Assembly (NCBI GenBank): GCA_963798355.1
Contig: CAWCSY010000006.1
Span: 528,959-592,958, forward strand
DNA from: an uncultured Microthrixaceae bacterium
Lineage (GTDB): Bacteria; Actinomycetota; Acidimicrobiia; Acidimicrobiales; Acidimicrobilacustridaceae
Direction: 5' to 3'
Length of the DNA: 64,000 nt
The position numbers and the translations under genes were made by a program. Every line of letters begins with the position of its first letter. Position 1 is the first letter of the stretch. The notes under the pieces are model-generated. The model did not search any database. It had not been told where the DNA came from and saw nothing but the letters and a program-made list of their open reading frames with translations. Shown here in pieces: positions 18,844-28,663 of the stretch.

Positions 18844-20202
18844 ATGCCGACGTCTCGACGCACGTCCTGGCCTCGCGGCCTGATCATCATCGGTGTCGTG
18901 GTGGCCTTCCTCGCCGTCGCGTGCGGCAACGCCAACGACGACAAGGGAGGCTCGGCCTCGCCGACGTCGGCGGCGGGCTCGGGAGACTCCGGCGCCGCGG
19001 TTCCGGGTGTGACCGCCGACGAGATCCGGTTCTCGTCCATCGGCACGAACTCGAACAACCCGCTCGGCACCTGTGTGCTCGACTGCTTCGACAACGGCAT
19101 CAAGGCCTACTTCGACTATCGCAACGACGAAGGCGGGATCTACGGCAAGAAGCTGGTCTTGTCGAAGGAGCTCGACGACGAGCTGTCGAAGAACCAGGAG
19201 CGGGCGCTCGAGGTGGTCACCGCCAACGACACCTTTGCCAACTTCAACGCGACGCAGCTGGCCAGCGGCTGGGCCAACCTGGCCGAGGCGGGCATCCCGA
19301 CCTACACCTGGGCGATCAACCCGGCCCAGGCCACCGGTCATGACGAGATCTTCGGCTACGCGCCGGTCGTCTGCATCGATTGCACCGCGCGCTACGTCGC
19401 CGAGATCTCCAAGACCGCGGGGGCCAAGAAGATCGCGACCCTCGGCTACGGGGTCAGCGACAACTCGAAGCTCTGCGCCGAGGGCGCGGCGGAGTCGGCG
19501 ACCCAGTACGGAGACGACGTCGGTGGAGTCGAGGCTGTCTACACCCGGTCGGATCTGGACTTCGGACTGCCCAACGGCATCGCCCCCGAGGTCACCGCCA
19601 TGAAGGACGCTGGTGTGGATCTCGTCTTCGGATGCCTCGATCTGAACGGGATGAAGACGCTCGCTCAGGAGATGGAACGCCAGGGCATCGGCGACGTGAA
19701 GCTCGTCCATCCGAACACGTACGACCAGACCTTCGTGAAGGACAACGCGGATCTGTTCGAGGGCGACTACGTCCTGGTGGGGTTCCGTCCGTTCGAGGCG
19801 GAATCGGGTTCCAGCAACCTCGACGCCTTCAAGGAGTGGATGGGCAAGAGCGGGAGCCCCATCACCGAGCTGGCGATGGTGGGCTGGATCAATGCCGATC
19901 TGGCCTACCAGGGCATCAAGGCCGCGGGTGAGAACTTCGACCGCCAGTCCGTGATCGGCGCGACGAACGAGATGACCGATTACACCGCGGACGGGCTCAT
20001 CGCGCCTATCGACTGGTCCCGCCAGCACGTGGCACCCACGCAGGAAGACCTGGCGACCCACGGCCCCAAGTACGACTGCTATGCGCTGGTGCAGGTGAAG
20101 GACGGGGCCTTCCAGATGGCCACCGACGCCGCGAAGCCGTGGTCCTGCTGGTCTGGGGCGAACCGTGACTGGTCCGAGCCCACCTCGATGAACTTCCCGT
20201 GA
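18844..20202 (+). CDS. ABC transporter substrate-binding lipoprotein, branched-chain amino acid (HAAT/LivJ-like) family
   Basis: ATG 18844 with GGAGGA RBS. Lipobox in VVAFLAVACGNAN. Type-1 periplasmic binding fold. The upstream in-frame extension from 18631 was rejected. Confidence 0.85.
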   Translation: MPTSRRTSWPRGLIIIGVVVAFLAVACGNANDDKGGSASPTSAAGSGDSGAAVPGVTADEIRFSSIGTNSNNPLGTCVLDCFDNGIKAYFDYRNDEGGIYGKKLVLSKELDDELSKNQERALEVVTANDTFANFNATQLASGWANLAEAGIPTYTWAINPAQATGHDEIFGYAPVVCIDCTARYVAEISKTAGAKKIATLGYGVSDNSKLCAEGAAESATQYGDDVGGVEAVYTRSDLDFGLPNGIAPEVTAMKDAGVDLVFGCLDLNGMKTLAQEMERQGIGDVKLVHPNTYDQTFVKDNADLFEGDYVLVGFRPFEAESGSSNLDAFKEWMGKSGSPITELAMVGWINADLAYQGIKAAGENFDRQSVIGATNEMTDYTADGLIAPIDWSRQHVAPTQEDLATHGPKYDCYALVQVKDGAFQMATDAAKPWSCWSGANRDWSEPTSMNFP

Positions 20203-20218
20203 TCGGGGTCACGCACGG

Positions 20219-22306
20219 ATGATGTTCGCAGCATCGATTGGTACCGATCTGTTGCGGGGGGTGCTCCAGGGAGCGCCCCCCGGGGCGGTGTATGCGTTGA
20301 TCGCGGTGGGGTTCGTGCTGACGTACAAGACGTCGGGCGTGTTCAACATGGCGTTCGGGGCGCAGGCGTACGTGTCGGCGGCGATGTACTTCAAGGCGCG
20401 GACGGTGTGGGGTTGGGGGGCGTTGCCGTCGTTTCTGTTGGCGGTGGTGGTGTTGGCGCCGTTGTTGGGGTTGGGCTTGGAGTGGTTGATCTTTCGCCAT
20501 CTGCGCACTGCGTCAGCGGTATCGAAGCTGGTGGTGACGATCGGGTTGGCGGTGGCGATCCCGGCGTTGTTCGACATCCTGGCGAACTTCACGGCGATCG
20601 CGGGGAAGACGCCGGTGGGGATCGCTCCGGATGGGTCGAAGGTGTTCTACGACCCGTTCGGTGTGTACAAGTTCAGTCGTGACGAGCTCGTGACCATGGG
20701 CATCGCGGTGGTGGCGACGTTGGCTCTCGGCGCCCTGTTCAAGTTCACTGCGTTGGGGTTGCGGATGCGGGCGGTGGTGGAGTCGCCGAGGATGACGGAG
20801 TTGGATGGGATCCCGGCCGATCGGGTCTCCGCGTTTGCGTGGACGTTGTCGTCGTTCTTCGCCGGTCTGGCGGGGGTGTTGATCGCGCCGCGGTTCAACA
20901 CGTTGGCGGCGGACAACTTCTTCAACCTGGTGGTCGTGGCCATCGCCGCCGCGGCGATCGGAAGCCTCGTGAGCCTGCCCAAGGCGTTGGCCGGCGGTCT
21001 CGGTCTCGGCGTGTTCATCGCCCTGTTCAACACGTTCTTGCCACGCTGGTCGAACGACTACACCTGGTTGCGGCCGATCCAGGACAACCTCACGCCGGCG
21101 ATCCCGTTCCTCGTCCTGTTCGGGGTGTTGGTGTTCGTACCCAGCATTCGGCGGACGAGTGAGTCGCGGGATCCGTTGGCGGATGTGGATCCGCCGGCGC
21201 GGACGTTGGGGGCGGTGGTGCGGGATCGGCGTCGCACCCTCATCTCCGGTGCCGTCGGATTCGGGATCCTCGCCATCATCGGGTTGGTGGTGTTCGGTCG
21301 AGCGGATCAGCGGTGGTTGTTCCTGGTGACGCAGGCGGCGGTGTTGGCCATCGTGTTCTTGTCGATCACCGTCATCACCGGCCAGGCCGGGCAGATCTCG
21401 TTGTGTCAAGGGGCGTTCGCGGCGACCGGCGCGTTCACCGTCTACCAGTTGGTGCAGCGCTATGACGCGCCGGTCCTGCCCGCTGCGCTTCTGGGTGGGG
21501 TGATCGCGGCTGTCGTCGGGGCGGTGTTGTCGTTGCCGATCCGCCGGTTGGGTGGGGTGTGGACGGCGATCGCGACGTTGGCGTTCGCCTATTTCTTCGA
21601 TGCGGTGATCGTGAAGCTCCCCTTCGTCGGCGGGGGCGGCAAGTCGTTGCTGCAGGGCACCGTGGTACCCCGCCCGGTGATCGGGGCGTTGAGCTTCAGA
21701 TCTGACAAGGCGTTCCTTGCTCTCGTGCTGGTGGTGTTCACCCTGGTGGCATTGGCGGTGACCCAGATGCGCAACGGCACGTTGGGCCGCGTCCTGGTCG
21801 CGTTGCGGGGCAGTGAGGTGGGCGCCGCGTCGATAGGGATCTCACCGGGCCGGGCCCGGCTGGTCGCGTTCGCGATCTCTGGGTTCATCGCCGGTTTGGG
21901 TGGCGGCCTGTTGGCGATCCAGCAGGGCAACGTGAACTACGCCAACAACTTCTCCCCGTTCGCCGCGCTGTTCTGGGTGGTCATCGTCGTCTCTCTCAGT
22001 TCCCGCACGATCCAGGGGGCGGCGATGGCGGCTGCGTCGTTCGCGCTGTTCGACGCGGTGATCCTGAAGGGCACGTTCATCGGGTGGATCCTGCAGAGCC
22101 CGTCCCGCATTCCGGGGTTCCTACCGATCTCGTCGAAGTGGGTGTTCGTCCTGTTCGGCCTCGGTGCCATCCAATACGCCCGCCATCCCGAAGGCATCCT
22201 CGAGTACTCCAAACGTCGGAGCGCGGCGCGCGCCGCGGATCGTCACGCCGCCAGAACCGCCGCCGCCGCTGACGCGGTGGAGCCTGTTGCGGAGCCGGTG
22301 GCATGA
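20219..22306 (+). CDS. fused LivH-LivM type ABC permease
   Basis: 695 aa, highly hydrophobic. The N-terminal half is LivH-like (AVYALIAVGFVLTYKTSGVFNMAFG). The C-terminal half is LivM-like (LSITVITGQAGQISLCQGAFAATGAF). Confidence 0.85.
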   Translation: MMFAASIGTDLLRGVLQGAPPGAVYALIAVGFVLTYKTSGVFNMAFGAQAYVSAAMYFKARTVWGWGALPSFLLAVVVLAPLLGLGLEWLIFRHLRTASAVSKLVVTIGLAVAIPALFDILANFTAIAGKTPVGIAPDGSKVFYDPFGVYKFSRDELVTMGIAVVATLALGALFKFTALGLRMRAVVESPRMTELDGIPADRVSAFAWTLSSFFAGLAGVLIAPRFNTLAADNFFNLVVVAIAAAAIGSLVSLPKALAGGLGLGVFIALFNTFLPRWSNDYTWLRPIQDNLTPAIPFLVLFGVLVFVPSIRRTSESRDPLADVDPPARTLGAVVRDRRRTLISGAVGFGILAIIGLVVFGRADQRWLFLVTQAAVLAIVFLSITVITGQAGQISLCQGAFAATGAFTVYQLVQRYDAPVLPAALLGGVIAAVVGAVLSLPIRRLGGVWTAIATLAFAYFFDAVIVKLPFVGGGGKSLLQGTVVPRPVIGALSFRSDKAFLALVLVVFTLVALAVTQMRNGTLGRVLVALRGSEVGAASIGISPGRARLVAFAISGFIAGLGGGLLAIQQGNVNYANNFSPFAALFWVVIVVSLSSRTIQGAAMAAASFALFDAVILKGTFIGWILQSPSRIPGFLPISSKWVFVLFGLGAIQYARHPEGILEYSKRRSAARAADRHAARTAAAADAVEPVAEPVA

Positions 22307-23088
22307 GCCCGGTGTTGGAGGTGGAGGGGATGACCAAGCAGTTCGGGCGGATCGTGGCGTTGGAGGAAGCGTCGATCAGTGTCGACGCGGGGGAGCGGGT
22401 CGGGTTGATCGGTCCGAACGGGGCCGGCAAGACCACGTTCTTCAACTGCATGCTCGGTGTGTTGCGCACCGACCGCGGCCGGGTGCACCTCGACGGCGAG
22501 GACATCTCGGGCCTGGCGGTGCACCAACGGGCCCGCAAGGGCATCGGCCGCACCTTCCAACGCATCGAACTGTTCCCCGAATCGACGGTGCGTGATCACC
22601 TCTTCGTCGCCGAACGCGTCCACGGCCGCAAAGGCCGACTGTGGAAGGACCTCATCGGACTCGGTCGCCCCACGGCTGAAGAGCTCGCCCGCTGCGACGA
22701 CGTCCTCCAGCTCCTGCAGTTGAAGGACCTCGCCGATGAACCCATCGAACGGCTCAGTCTCGGCCAGTGCCGCCTCGTCGAAGTCGGCCGGGCACTCATG
22801 ACCGAACCCAAAGTCCTGCTGTTGGACGAACCGTCATCGGGGTTGGATCGGGCCGAGACCACCGCACTCGCCCAGACGTTGCGCGAAGTCCAGGATCGAC
22901 AGGGCTTCGCCATCCTGTTGGTGGAACACGATGTCGAGTTGGTGGCCAGCTTCACCACCCGGTCCTACGTGCTCGACTTCGGTCGCATGATCCTCGAAGG
23001 CCCCACCAACGACGTGTTGGCCTCGGCTGAGGTGCGCGCCGCCTACCTCGGCAACCTGGAACCCACCTCACCGGGACCCACCCCATGA
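22303..23088 (+). CDS. ABC transporter ATP-binding protein (LivG-like)
   Basis: ATGA overlap with the permease stop. Walker A GPNGAGKTT, signature LSLGQCRL, Walker B LLLDEPSSGLD. Confidence 0.9.
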   Translation: MSPVLEVEGMTKQFGRIVALEEASISVDAGERVGLIGPNGAGKTTFFNCMLGVLRTDRGRVHLDGEDISGLAVHQRARKGIGRTFQRIELFPESTVRDHLFVAERVHGRKGRLWKDLIGLGRPTAEELARCDDVLQLLQLKDLADEPIERLSLGQCRLVEVGRALMTEPKVLLLDEPSSGLDRAETTALAQTLREVQDRQGFAILLVEHDVELVASFTTRSYVLDFGRMILEGPTNDVLASAEVRAAYLGNLEPTSPGPTP

Positions 23089-23822
23089 CCGCGACACCCT
23101 CGACGACGGCCGGGGCGCCGGTGTTGGAGCTGGCCTCGGTGGCGGCCGCCTACGGGCCGTTCCGGGCCCTGTTCGACGTGTCGCTCACCGTCGCCGCCGG
23201 CGAAGCCGTCGCGCTCGTCGGGTCCAACGGGGCCGGGAAGACCACCGTCGCCCGCGTCGCCTCCGGACTCCTCGCACCAGGAGCCGGCACCATCCACATC
23301 GACGGACACGACCTCACCGGGGCCCGAACGTACAAATACGCCCGAGCCGGCGTCGCCCACGCCCCGGAAGGCCGCTCGGTGTTCGCCACCATGTCGGTCG
23401 AGGAGAACCTCACCCTGTCGTTCCGACGGGCGTTCGGCCGCAGAGGCGTCCGCGGCGCGCTCGACCGCGCCTACGGCTACTTCCCCGTCCTCGCCGAGCG
23501 ACGCACCCAAACCGCCGGCACCCTCTCCGGCGGCGAACAACGCATGCTCTCCCTCGCCCGGGTCATGGTCGAGGTCCCCAAGATCCTCATCGCCGACGAG
23601 CTCTCGCTGGGCCTCGCGCCCATCATCGTCGACCAGCTCTACCAGAGCCTGCAACGACTCCGCGACGAAGGCACCGCCCTGCTCATCGTCGAACAACAGG
23701 TCGTCCACGCCCTCGACCTCGCCGACCGCGTCATCCTCCTCGACCACGGCACCGTCTCCTGGCAAGGCACCAGCACGGACGCCACCGACGTCATCGCCCA
23801 AGCCTTCGAACCCATCAACTGA
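23085..23822 (+). CDS. ABC transporter ATP-binding protein (LivF-like)
   Basis: ATGA overlap. Walker A GSNGAGKTT, signature LSGGEQRML, Walker B LIADELSLGLAP. Confidence 0.9.
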   Translation: MTATPSTTAGAPVLELASVAAAYGPFRALFDVSLTVAAGEAVALVGSNGAGKTTVARVASGLLAPGAGTIHIDGHDLTGARTYKYARAGVAHAPEGRSVFATMSVEENLTLSFRRAFGRRGVRGALDRAYGYFPVLAERRTQTAGTLSGGEQRMLSLARVMVEVPKILIADELSLGLAPIIVDQLYQSLQRLRDEGTALLIVEQQVVHALDLADRVILLDHGTVSWQGTSTDATDVIAQAFEPIN

Positions 23823-23854
23823 CCCGACCCACGATCCCGTTCTCAGGAGCAGGA

Positions 23855-25105
23855 ATGACCGCATCGGCCGTCGAGTTCGACCCGTTCTCCGACGAGTACT
23901 TCAACGACCCGACCGAGCTCTACCGGCGCCTGCGCGACGAGGCGCCCGTCTTCCACAGCGAGCGCTACGGCTTCTACGCGCTGTCGCGCTTCGCCGACGT
24001 GGTGGCGGCGCATCGCGACTGGCCGGGGCTGTCGAGCAGCCACGGCGTCGATCTCTCGACGCTGTCGACCGACCCGGATCTGGTGCGCAGCTACCGCAGC
24101 ATGATCATGATGGACCCGCCGGAGCACGACCGGTTGCGGGAACTGGTCAGCCGGGTGTTCACCCCGAGAGCCGTCACCGCGCTCGAGCCGATGATCCGAG
24201 AGGTCATCCGTGAGGTCCTCGAGCCGTTGGACGGAGCCGACGACCTCGACGTCGTGGCCGACTTCTCGGCGCTGTTCCCGGTCGAGATCATCTCCCGGAT
24301 GCTGGGTGTGCCAGAGGGAGAGCGGCAGCAGATCCGCCACTGGCTCGACCTGAGCCTCCACCGCGAACCCGGTCAGATGGATCCGACCCCGGAGGGCGTG
24401 CAGGCCGGTCTCGAGATGGGGGTCTACTTCTACGAGCTCGCGGGGGAGAAGCGGAAGCACCCGGTCGACGACATGATCTCGCGGCTCACGCAGGTGTCGG
24501 TCGACCGTGGCGACGGCACCGAGACAGGGCTCGACGACGTCGAGATCGCCGGATTCGCGACGTTGCTCGGCGGGGCCGGGGCGGAGACCGTCACGAAGCT
24601 CGTCGGCAACGCCGTGGTGCTGTTCGCTCGCCATCCCGACCAGTGGACGAAGGTCCTCGACGACCGCGAGGTCATCCCTCGAGCAGTCGAGGAGATCCTC
24701 CGGTACCTCCCGCCCTCGCAGTACCAGGGCCGGTTCTCCGTCGAGGACCGCACGTACGACGGCGGCACGATCCCCGCCGGGTTCCCGGTGTTGCTCATCA
24801 CCGGCGCGGCCACCCGTGATCCCCGAGCCTTCGAGAATCCCGACGACTTCGACATCGAACGGGAGCCGAAGGTGGCCATCGGCCTGGGTCACGGCGTGCA
24901 CAGCTGCCTCGGCGCCGCCCTCGCCCGGATGGAGAGCCGCATCGCCATCGAAGAGCTCGCCGACCGCTGGTCGCGTTGGGAGGTCGACGACGCCGGTCTC
25001 CGGCGGGTGCACATGTCGAACGTGGCGGGCTACTCGAGCGTGCCGGTCACCGTCACCCCCCAGACCCCGACCCCCCGACAACCAGATCCAGGGAGCGAAC
25101 GATGA
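23855..25105 (+). CDS. cytochrome P450
   Basis: 416 aa. ExxR (EEILRY) and heme-thiolate loop GLGHGVHSCLGAALAR. Confidence 0.9.
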   Translation: MTASAVEFDPFSDEYFNDPTELYRRLRDEAPVFHSERYGFYALSRFADVVAAHRDWPGLSSSHGVDLSTLSTDPDLVRSYRSMIMMDPPEHDRLRELVSRVFTPRAVTALEPMIREVIREVLEPLDGADDLDVVADFSALFPVEIISRMLGVPEGERQQIRHWLDLSLHREPGQMDPTPEGVQAGLEMGVYFYELAGEKRKHPVDDMISRLTQVSVDRGDGTETGLDDVEIAGFATLLGGAGAETVTKLVGNAVVLFARHPDQWTKVLDDREVIPRAVEEILRYLPPSQYQGRFSVEDRTYDGGTIPAGFPVLLITGAATRDPRAFENPDDFDIEREPKVAIGLGHGVHSCLGAALARMESRIAIEELADRWSRWEVDDAGLRRVHMSNVAGYSSVPVTVTPQTPTPRQPDPGSER

Positions 25106-26319
25106 CCGACGTCATGCAAGGTGTCCGAGTGCTGGAGGTGGCCGAGCACACCTTCGTGCCGGCCGCGTCGGCGTTGCTGGCCGAGTGGGGCGCCGAGGTG
25201 ATCAAGATCGAGCACGTCGAGCGGGGTGACGCCATGCGCGGCCTCGCGTCGAGCGGCACGGTGTCCCTCGGCGGTGGCGTACACGTGCTCCTCGAGCACT
25301 CGAACCGAGGCAAGAAGTCGCTCGCGCTCGACCTGACGTCCGACGACGGCCTCGCGGTCCTCTACAAGATCGCCGAGACCTGCGACGTCTTCCTCACCAA
25401 CAAGCTGCCGAGCGTGCGGACCAAGCTCAGGATCGACGTCGATGAGATCCGGGCGCACAACCCGAACATCGTCTACGTCCGGGGCACCGGTCAGGGTGAG
25501 CACGGTCCTGACCGGGACCACGGTTCCTACGATGCCCTGGCGTACTGGAACCGAGCCGGGATCGCCTACGGCCTCAAGGATCCTGAGAGCCCGCGGGTGC
25601 CGGCGCCGCCCGCCCCCGCGTTCGGCGATTCCATCGGGGGCATGACCATCGCCGGCGGGATCATGGGCGCCCTGTTCCATCGGGCCCAGACCGGCGAGGC
25701 GACCACCGTCGACGTGTCGCTGCTCGGCGTGGGCATCTGGTCGATGGGCGCGGCGATGGCCCTGTCGCTGCAGATGCAGGTCCCGTGGGGCCCGCCACCC
25801 GGCGGCTTCCCGACCGGCAACCCGCTCGTCAGCAACTACCAGGCCAGCGACGGCGCCTTCGTGGCGCTCGTCTGCCTGCAACCAGGTAGGTACTGGGCCG
25901 AGCTCTGCGAGATCGTCGGTCGCCCCGACCTCGTCGACGACGAACGCTTCGTCGACGCCGACGCCATCATGGCCAACGCGGCCGCCGGGTCCGACGAGCT
26001 GGCCAAGGCCTTCGCGGAGCACTCCGCCGACGAATGGCGAGCGAAGCTCCAGCCGTTCTCGGGGCAGTGGACGATGGTCCAGAACACGCTCGAGGTCGCG
26101 ACTGATCCGCAGACCACGGCCAACGCGTACGTCCAGGACTACACGACCTCGGACGGTGTGGCGTTCCAGCTCGCGTCCCCGCCGATTCGGTTCGGCGACG
26201 AAGCCCCGACTGCGAAGCGCGCGCCCGAGTTCAACGAGCACGGCGACGAGATCCTCCAGAGCCTCGGCTTCGACTGGGATGCCATCGTCGACCTCAAGGT
26301 CCGCGGCGTGGTCGCCTGA
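25102..26319 (+). CDS. family III CoA-transferase (CaiB/BaiF type), intact
   Basis: ATG 25102 overlaps the P450 stop (ATGA). Contains GVRVLEVAEHTFVPAASALLAEWGAEVIKIE and NRGKKSLALDL. 405 aa. Confidence 0.9.
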   Translation: MTDVMQGVRVLEVAEHTFVPAASALLAEWGAEVIKIEHVERGDAMRGLASSGTVSLGGGVHVLLEHSNRGKKSLALDLTSDDGLAVLYKIAETCDVFLTNKLPSVRTKLRIDVDEIRAHNPNIVYVRGTGQGEHGPDRDHGSYDALAYWNRAGIAYGLKDPESPRVPAPPAPAFGDSIGGMTIAGGIMGALFHRAQTGEATTVDVSLLGVGIWSMGAAMALSLQMQVPWGPPPGGFPTGNPLVSNYQASDGAFVALVCLQPGRYWAELCEIVGRPDLVDDERFVDADAIMANAAAGSDELAKAFAEHSADEWRAKLQPFSGQWTMVQNTLEVATDPQTTANAYVQDYTTSDGVAFQLASPPIRFGDEAPTAKRAPEFNEHGDEILQSLGFDWDAIVDLKVRGVVA

Positions 26320-26486
26320 TGGCGTCCGCTCGGCGCGACACGAAGCGCGCCGTGAACAGCCACATCGAGCGGGCGCTCGTGGACGTGCTCGACTTCGCCA
26401 TCTGGGCCGAGTCGATCGCGTCGGCCAGCCCCGAGCGCGCGGCGATCGTCGCGGCGATGCAGGCAGGGGCCGGCGGTCGTGACTGA
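26319..26486 (+). CDS. small hypothetical protein (55 aa)
   Basis: ATG 26319 overlaps the CoA-transferase TGA by one nt (TGATG). Sequence MASARRDTKRAVNSHIERALVDVLDFAIWAESIASASPERAAIVAAMQAGAGGRD, with nearly all codons ending in G or C. It is below the 60 aa cutoff of the ORF track. Confidence 0.35.
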   Translation: MASARRDTKRAVNSHIERALVDVLDFAIWAESIASASPERAAIVAAMQAGAGGRD

Positions 26487-26521
26487 ACCGACACGGGTGG
26501 GCCGATGACCGGGCTGATGCG

Positions 26522-27355
26522 CTACTGCTGACCGTCGCCCGCGGTGTCGACCTCGACGACATCGATGCGGGACAGTCGGGTGCCGGCCAGCTCCGCCGCA
26601 CCGTGCGCGAGCGCGCTCAACAGGAACAGGTGACGGGTTTCGGGGCCCCCGAACGCGCACACGATCGCCAGCCGTTCGCCCATGTCGATCGTCTCCCGCA
26701 CCTCGCCACCCGGCGCGATCCGGAGGAACTGGTGGGCCAGCGGCATCGCGGCCCAGATGGCGCCCTCGGCATCGAGGCAGATGCCGTCCGGCCCGTAGCC
26801 CGGGCACTCGGCGAACAGGCGCCGGTTCTCCAGCTCGCCGCCGTCGCCGATGTCGAACTGCGCGAACCGCCGACCGAGGGACTCGGCCACGATGAGCGCT
26901 CGGTCCGGGGTGATCACCATCCCGTTGGGGAACACGACCCCGGAGGCGGCGACGGTCGTCCGCCCGTCGGGGTCGACCCGGTAGATCGAGGTGGACGGCC
27001 GGGCGATGGCGGGGAACGCGCCGACGTAGGCCACCCCCCGGTCGTCGACGATCATGTCGTTGCACCCGACGGATTCGAGGACGGACAGGTCCGCGTGCAC
27101 GGTGAGCGCGGCGCCGTCCCACCTGAGCACCTGGCGAGCGTCGATCGACACGACCAGCAGCGAGCCGTCCGGCAGGAAGCCCAGACCCGAGGGCCGGTGG
27201 CCGTCGAGCATCAGCTCGCATCGGCGATCACCGGCCAGATCGACGCTGTGGACCGCGCCGCCGTGCATGTCGGAGAACCAGAGTCGATCGTCGTGCCAGC
27301 GAGGTCCTTCGGCGAAGACGAGGTCGCCGGTCAGCTCCTGCAAGCTCCTGGCCAC
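26522..27355 (-). CDS. SMP-30/gluconolactonase/LRE-like beta-propeller protein
   Basis: 277 aa, GTG start at 27355. Contains VFAEGPRWHDDRLWFSD and typical propeller repeats. Confidence 0.85.
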   Translation of the reverse strand: MARSLQELTGDLVFAEGPRWHDDRLWFSDMHGGAVHSVDLAGDRRCELMLDGHRPSGLGFLPDGSLLVVSIDARQVLRWDGAALTVHADLSVLESVGCNDMIVDDRGVAYVGAFPAIARPSTSIYRVDPDGRTTVAASGVVFPNGMVITPDRALIVAESLGRRFAQFDIGDGGELENRRLFAECPGYGPDGICLDAEGAIWAAMPLAHQFLRIAPGGEVRETIDMGERLAIVCAFGGPETRHLFLLSALAHGAAELAGTRLSRIDVVEVDTAGDGQQ

Positions 27356-27393
27356 TGCTGCTCCCTTCCCGACCCTCCGGTCCGAGTCGCCTC

Positions 27394-27432
27394 CACCATA
27401 GTGAATGTCGACGTCGATGTTGAGATATGGTG
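27394..27432. promoter_or_regulatory. bidirectional palindromic operator/promoter (motif copies 2a and 2b)
   Basis: CACCATA GTGAATGTCGACGTCGATGTTGAGA TATGGTG. The core TCGACGTCGA is a perfect palindrome. The 22-mer TGAATGTCGACGTCGATGTTGA matches its own reverse complement at 16 of 22 positions. TATGGT -10 boxes face outward on both strands, toward 27355 (-) and 27482 (+). Confidence 0.65.
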
Positions 27433-27481
27433 CCGGGATGCGTGAGCTGACCCGTCGGCATCAGCCTGCAGCATCCGTGCC

Positions 27482-28663
27482 GTGTCAGGTCGCCATGCCA
27501 TGAACAGCGCCCCCGACCCGGAGCTGTACCGCTCCGCCGACACCCGGGCCCTGCGGGTGGCGTTCTCCGACTGGCTCGGACGCGGTCTGGCCGTCCAGCC
27601 CGAGGAGGTCGAGACCGGCCCGTTCGGGTCACGGGTCGCGGCGCTCCGACGACTCCAGGCTCTGCTGTACGAGGCTGGCTGGTCACGCATCGGCTGGCCC
27701 CGGGAGATCGGCGGGCTCGGTGGCTCGGCGATCCACCGGGCCGCGATGTACGACGAGCTGGCGAAGGCCGGCTATCCGTCGCGGATCGTCTTCGAGCACC
27801 TCGAGATCCTGGCGCCCGCCATCGCGGACCACTGGGACGATGCCCTGGCCCTGCACCTGCCCGCGCTGCTGCGCGGCGACGACGTGTGGTGTCAGGGGTT
27901 CTCCGAGCCCGACGCGGGATCGGATCTCGTGTCGCTCCGCACGCGGGCAGTCCGCGACGGTGAGGGGTACCGGCTCTCCGGCCGGAAGATCTGGACGAGC
28001 TGGGCGACGGTGGCGGATCGGTGCGTCGTGCTCGCTCGCACCGGCACGCCTGAGCAACGGCACCTGGGGCTCTCGGTCTTCCTCGTCGATCTGCGCAGCG
28101 AAGGGATCGAGGTTCGTGCGATTCGCCAGGGGAACGGCGTCGACGAGCTGGCCGAGGTCACCTTCGACGACGTCTGGGTGCCCGCCGACCGGCTCGTGGG
28201 CGCGGAGGGGTCCGGCTGGCAGATCACGCTCGACGTGCTGTCCTGCGAGCGATCGGCGTTCGCCTGGCTCCGCCACAATCGGCTCTACGCGCACGCGCAG
28301 CAACTGGCCGAGATCGGCGACGACGGCGACGCCGAGGCGATGGGCGAAGTGCTGGTCGACCTCTTCGCAGTGCGGTGCGCGTCCTCCCGGGCGGTGCGCG
28401 ATCTGGCCGAGTCCCGCTTCATGGGTCCGGCGGCAGCGCCGGTCAAGGTGCTCCTCAGCGACGCGGAGCAGCACCTGTACGACCTGGCCCGACGAGTGCT
28501 CGGACCCGACCTGGCGCTGGGCGGCTCCGCTGGCTCTACGTCCGGCTCCCTGGCCCGCTGGCAGGAGGACTTCCTGTTCTCCCGGGCGGTCACCGTGTAC
28601 GGCGGCTCACGCCAGATCCAGCTCACGACCATCGCCCGCTTCCTGCTGGGAGTCGGAGGGTGA
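27482..28663 (+). CDS. acyl-CoA dehydrogenase
   Basis: 393 aa. Contains WCQGFSEPDAGSDL and C-terminal YGGSRQIQLTTIA. Alternative start at ATG 27500. Confidence 0.9.
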   Translation: MSGRHAMNSAPDPELYRSADTRALRVAFSDWLGRGLAVQPEEVETGPFGSRVAALRRLQALLYEAGWSRIGWPREIGGLGGSAIHRAAMYDELAKAGYPSRIVFEHLEILAPAIADHWDDALALHLPALLRGDDVWCQGFSEPDAGSDLVSLRTRAVRDGEGYRLSGRKIWTSWATVADRCVVLARTGTPEQRHLGLSVFLVDLRSEGIEVRAIRQGNGVDELAEVTFDDVWVPADRLVGAEGSGWQITLDVLSCERSAFAWLRHNRLYAHAQQLAEIGDDGDAEAMGEVLVDLFAVRCASSRAVRDLAESRFMGPAAAPVKVLLSDAEQHLYDLARRVLGPDLALGGSAGSTSGSLARWQEDFLFSRAVTVYGGSRQIQLTTIARFLLGVGG

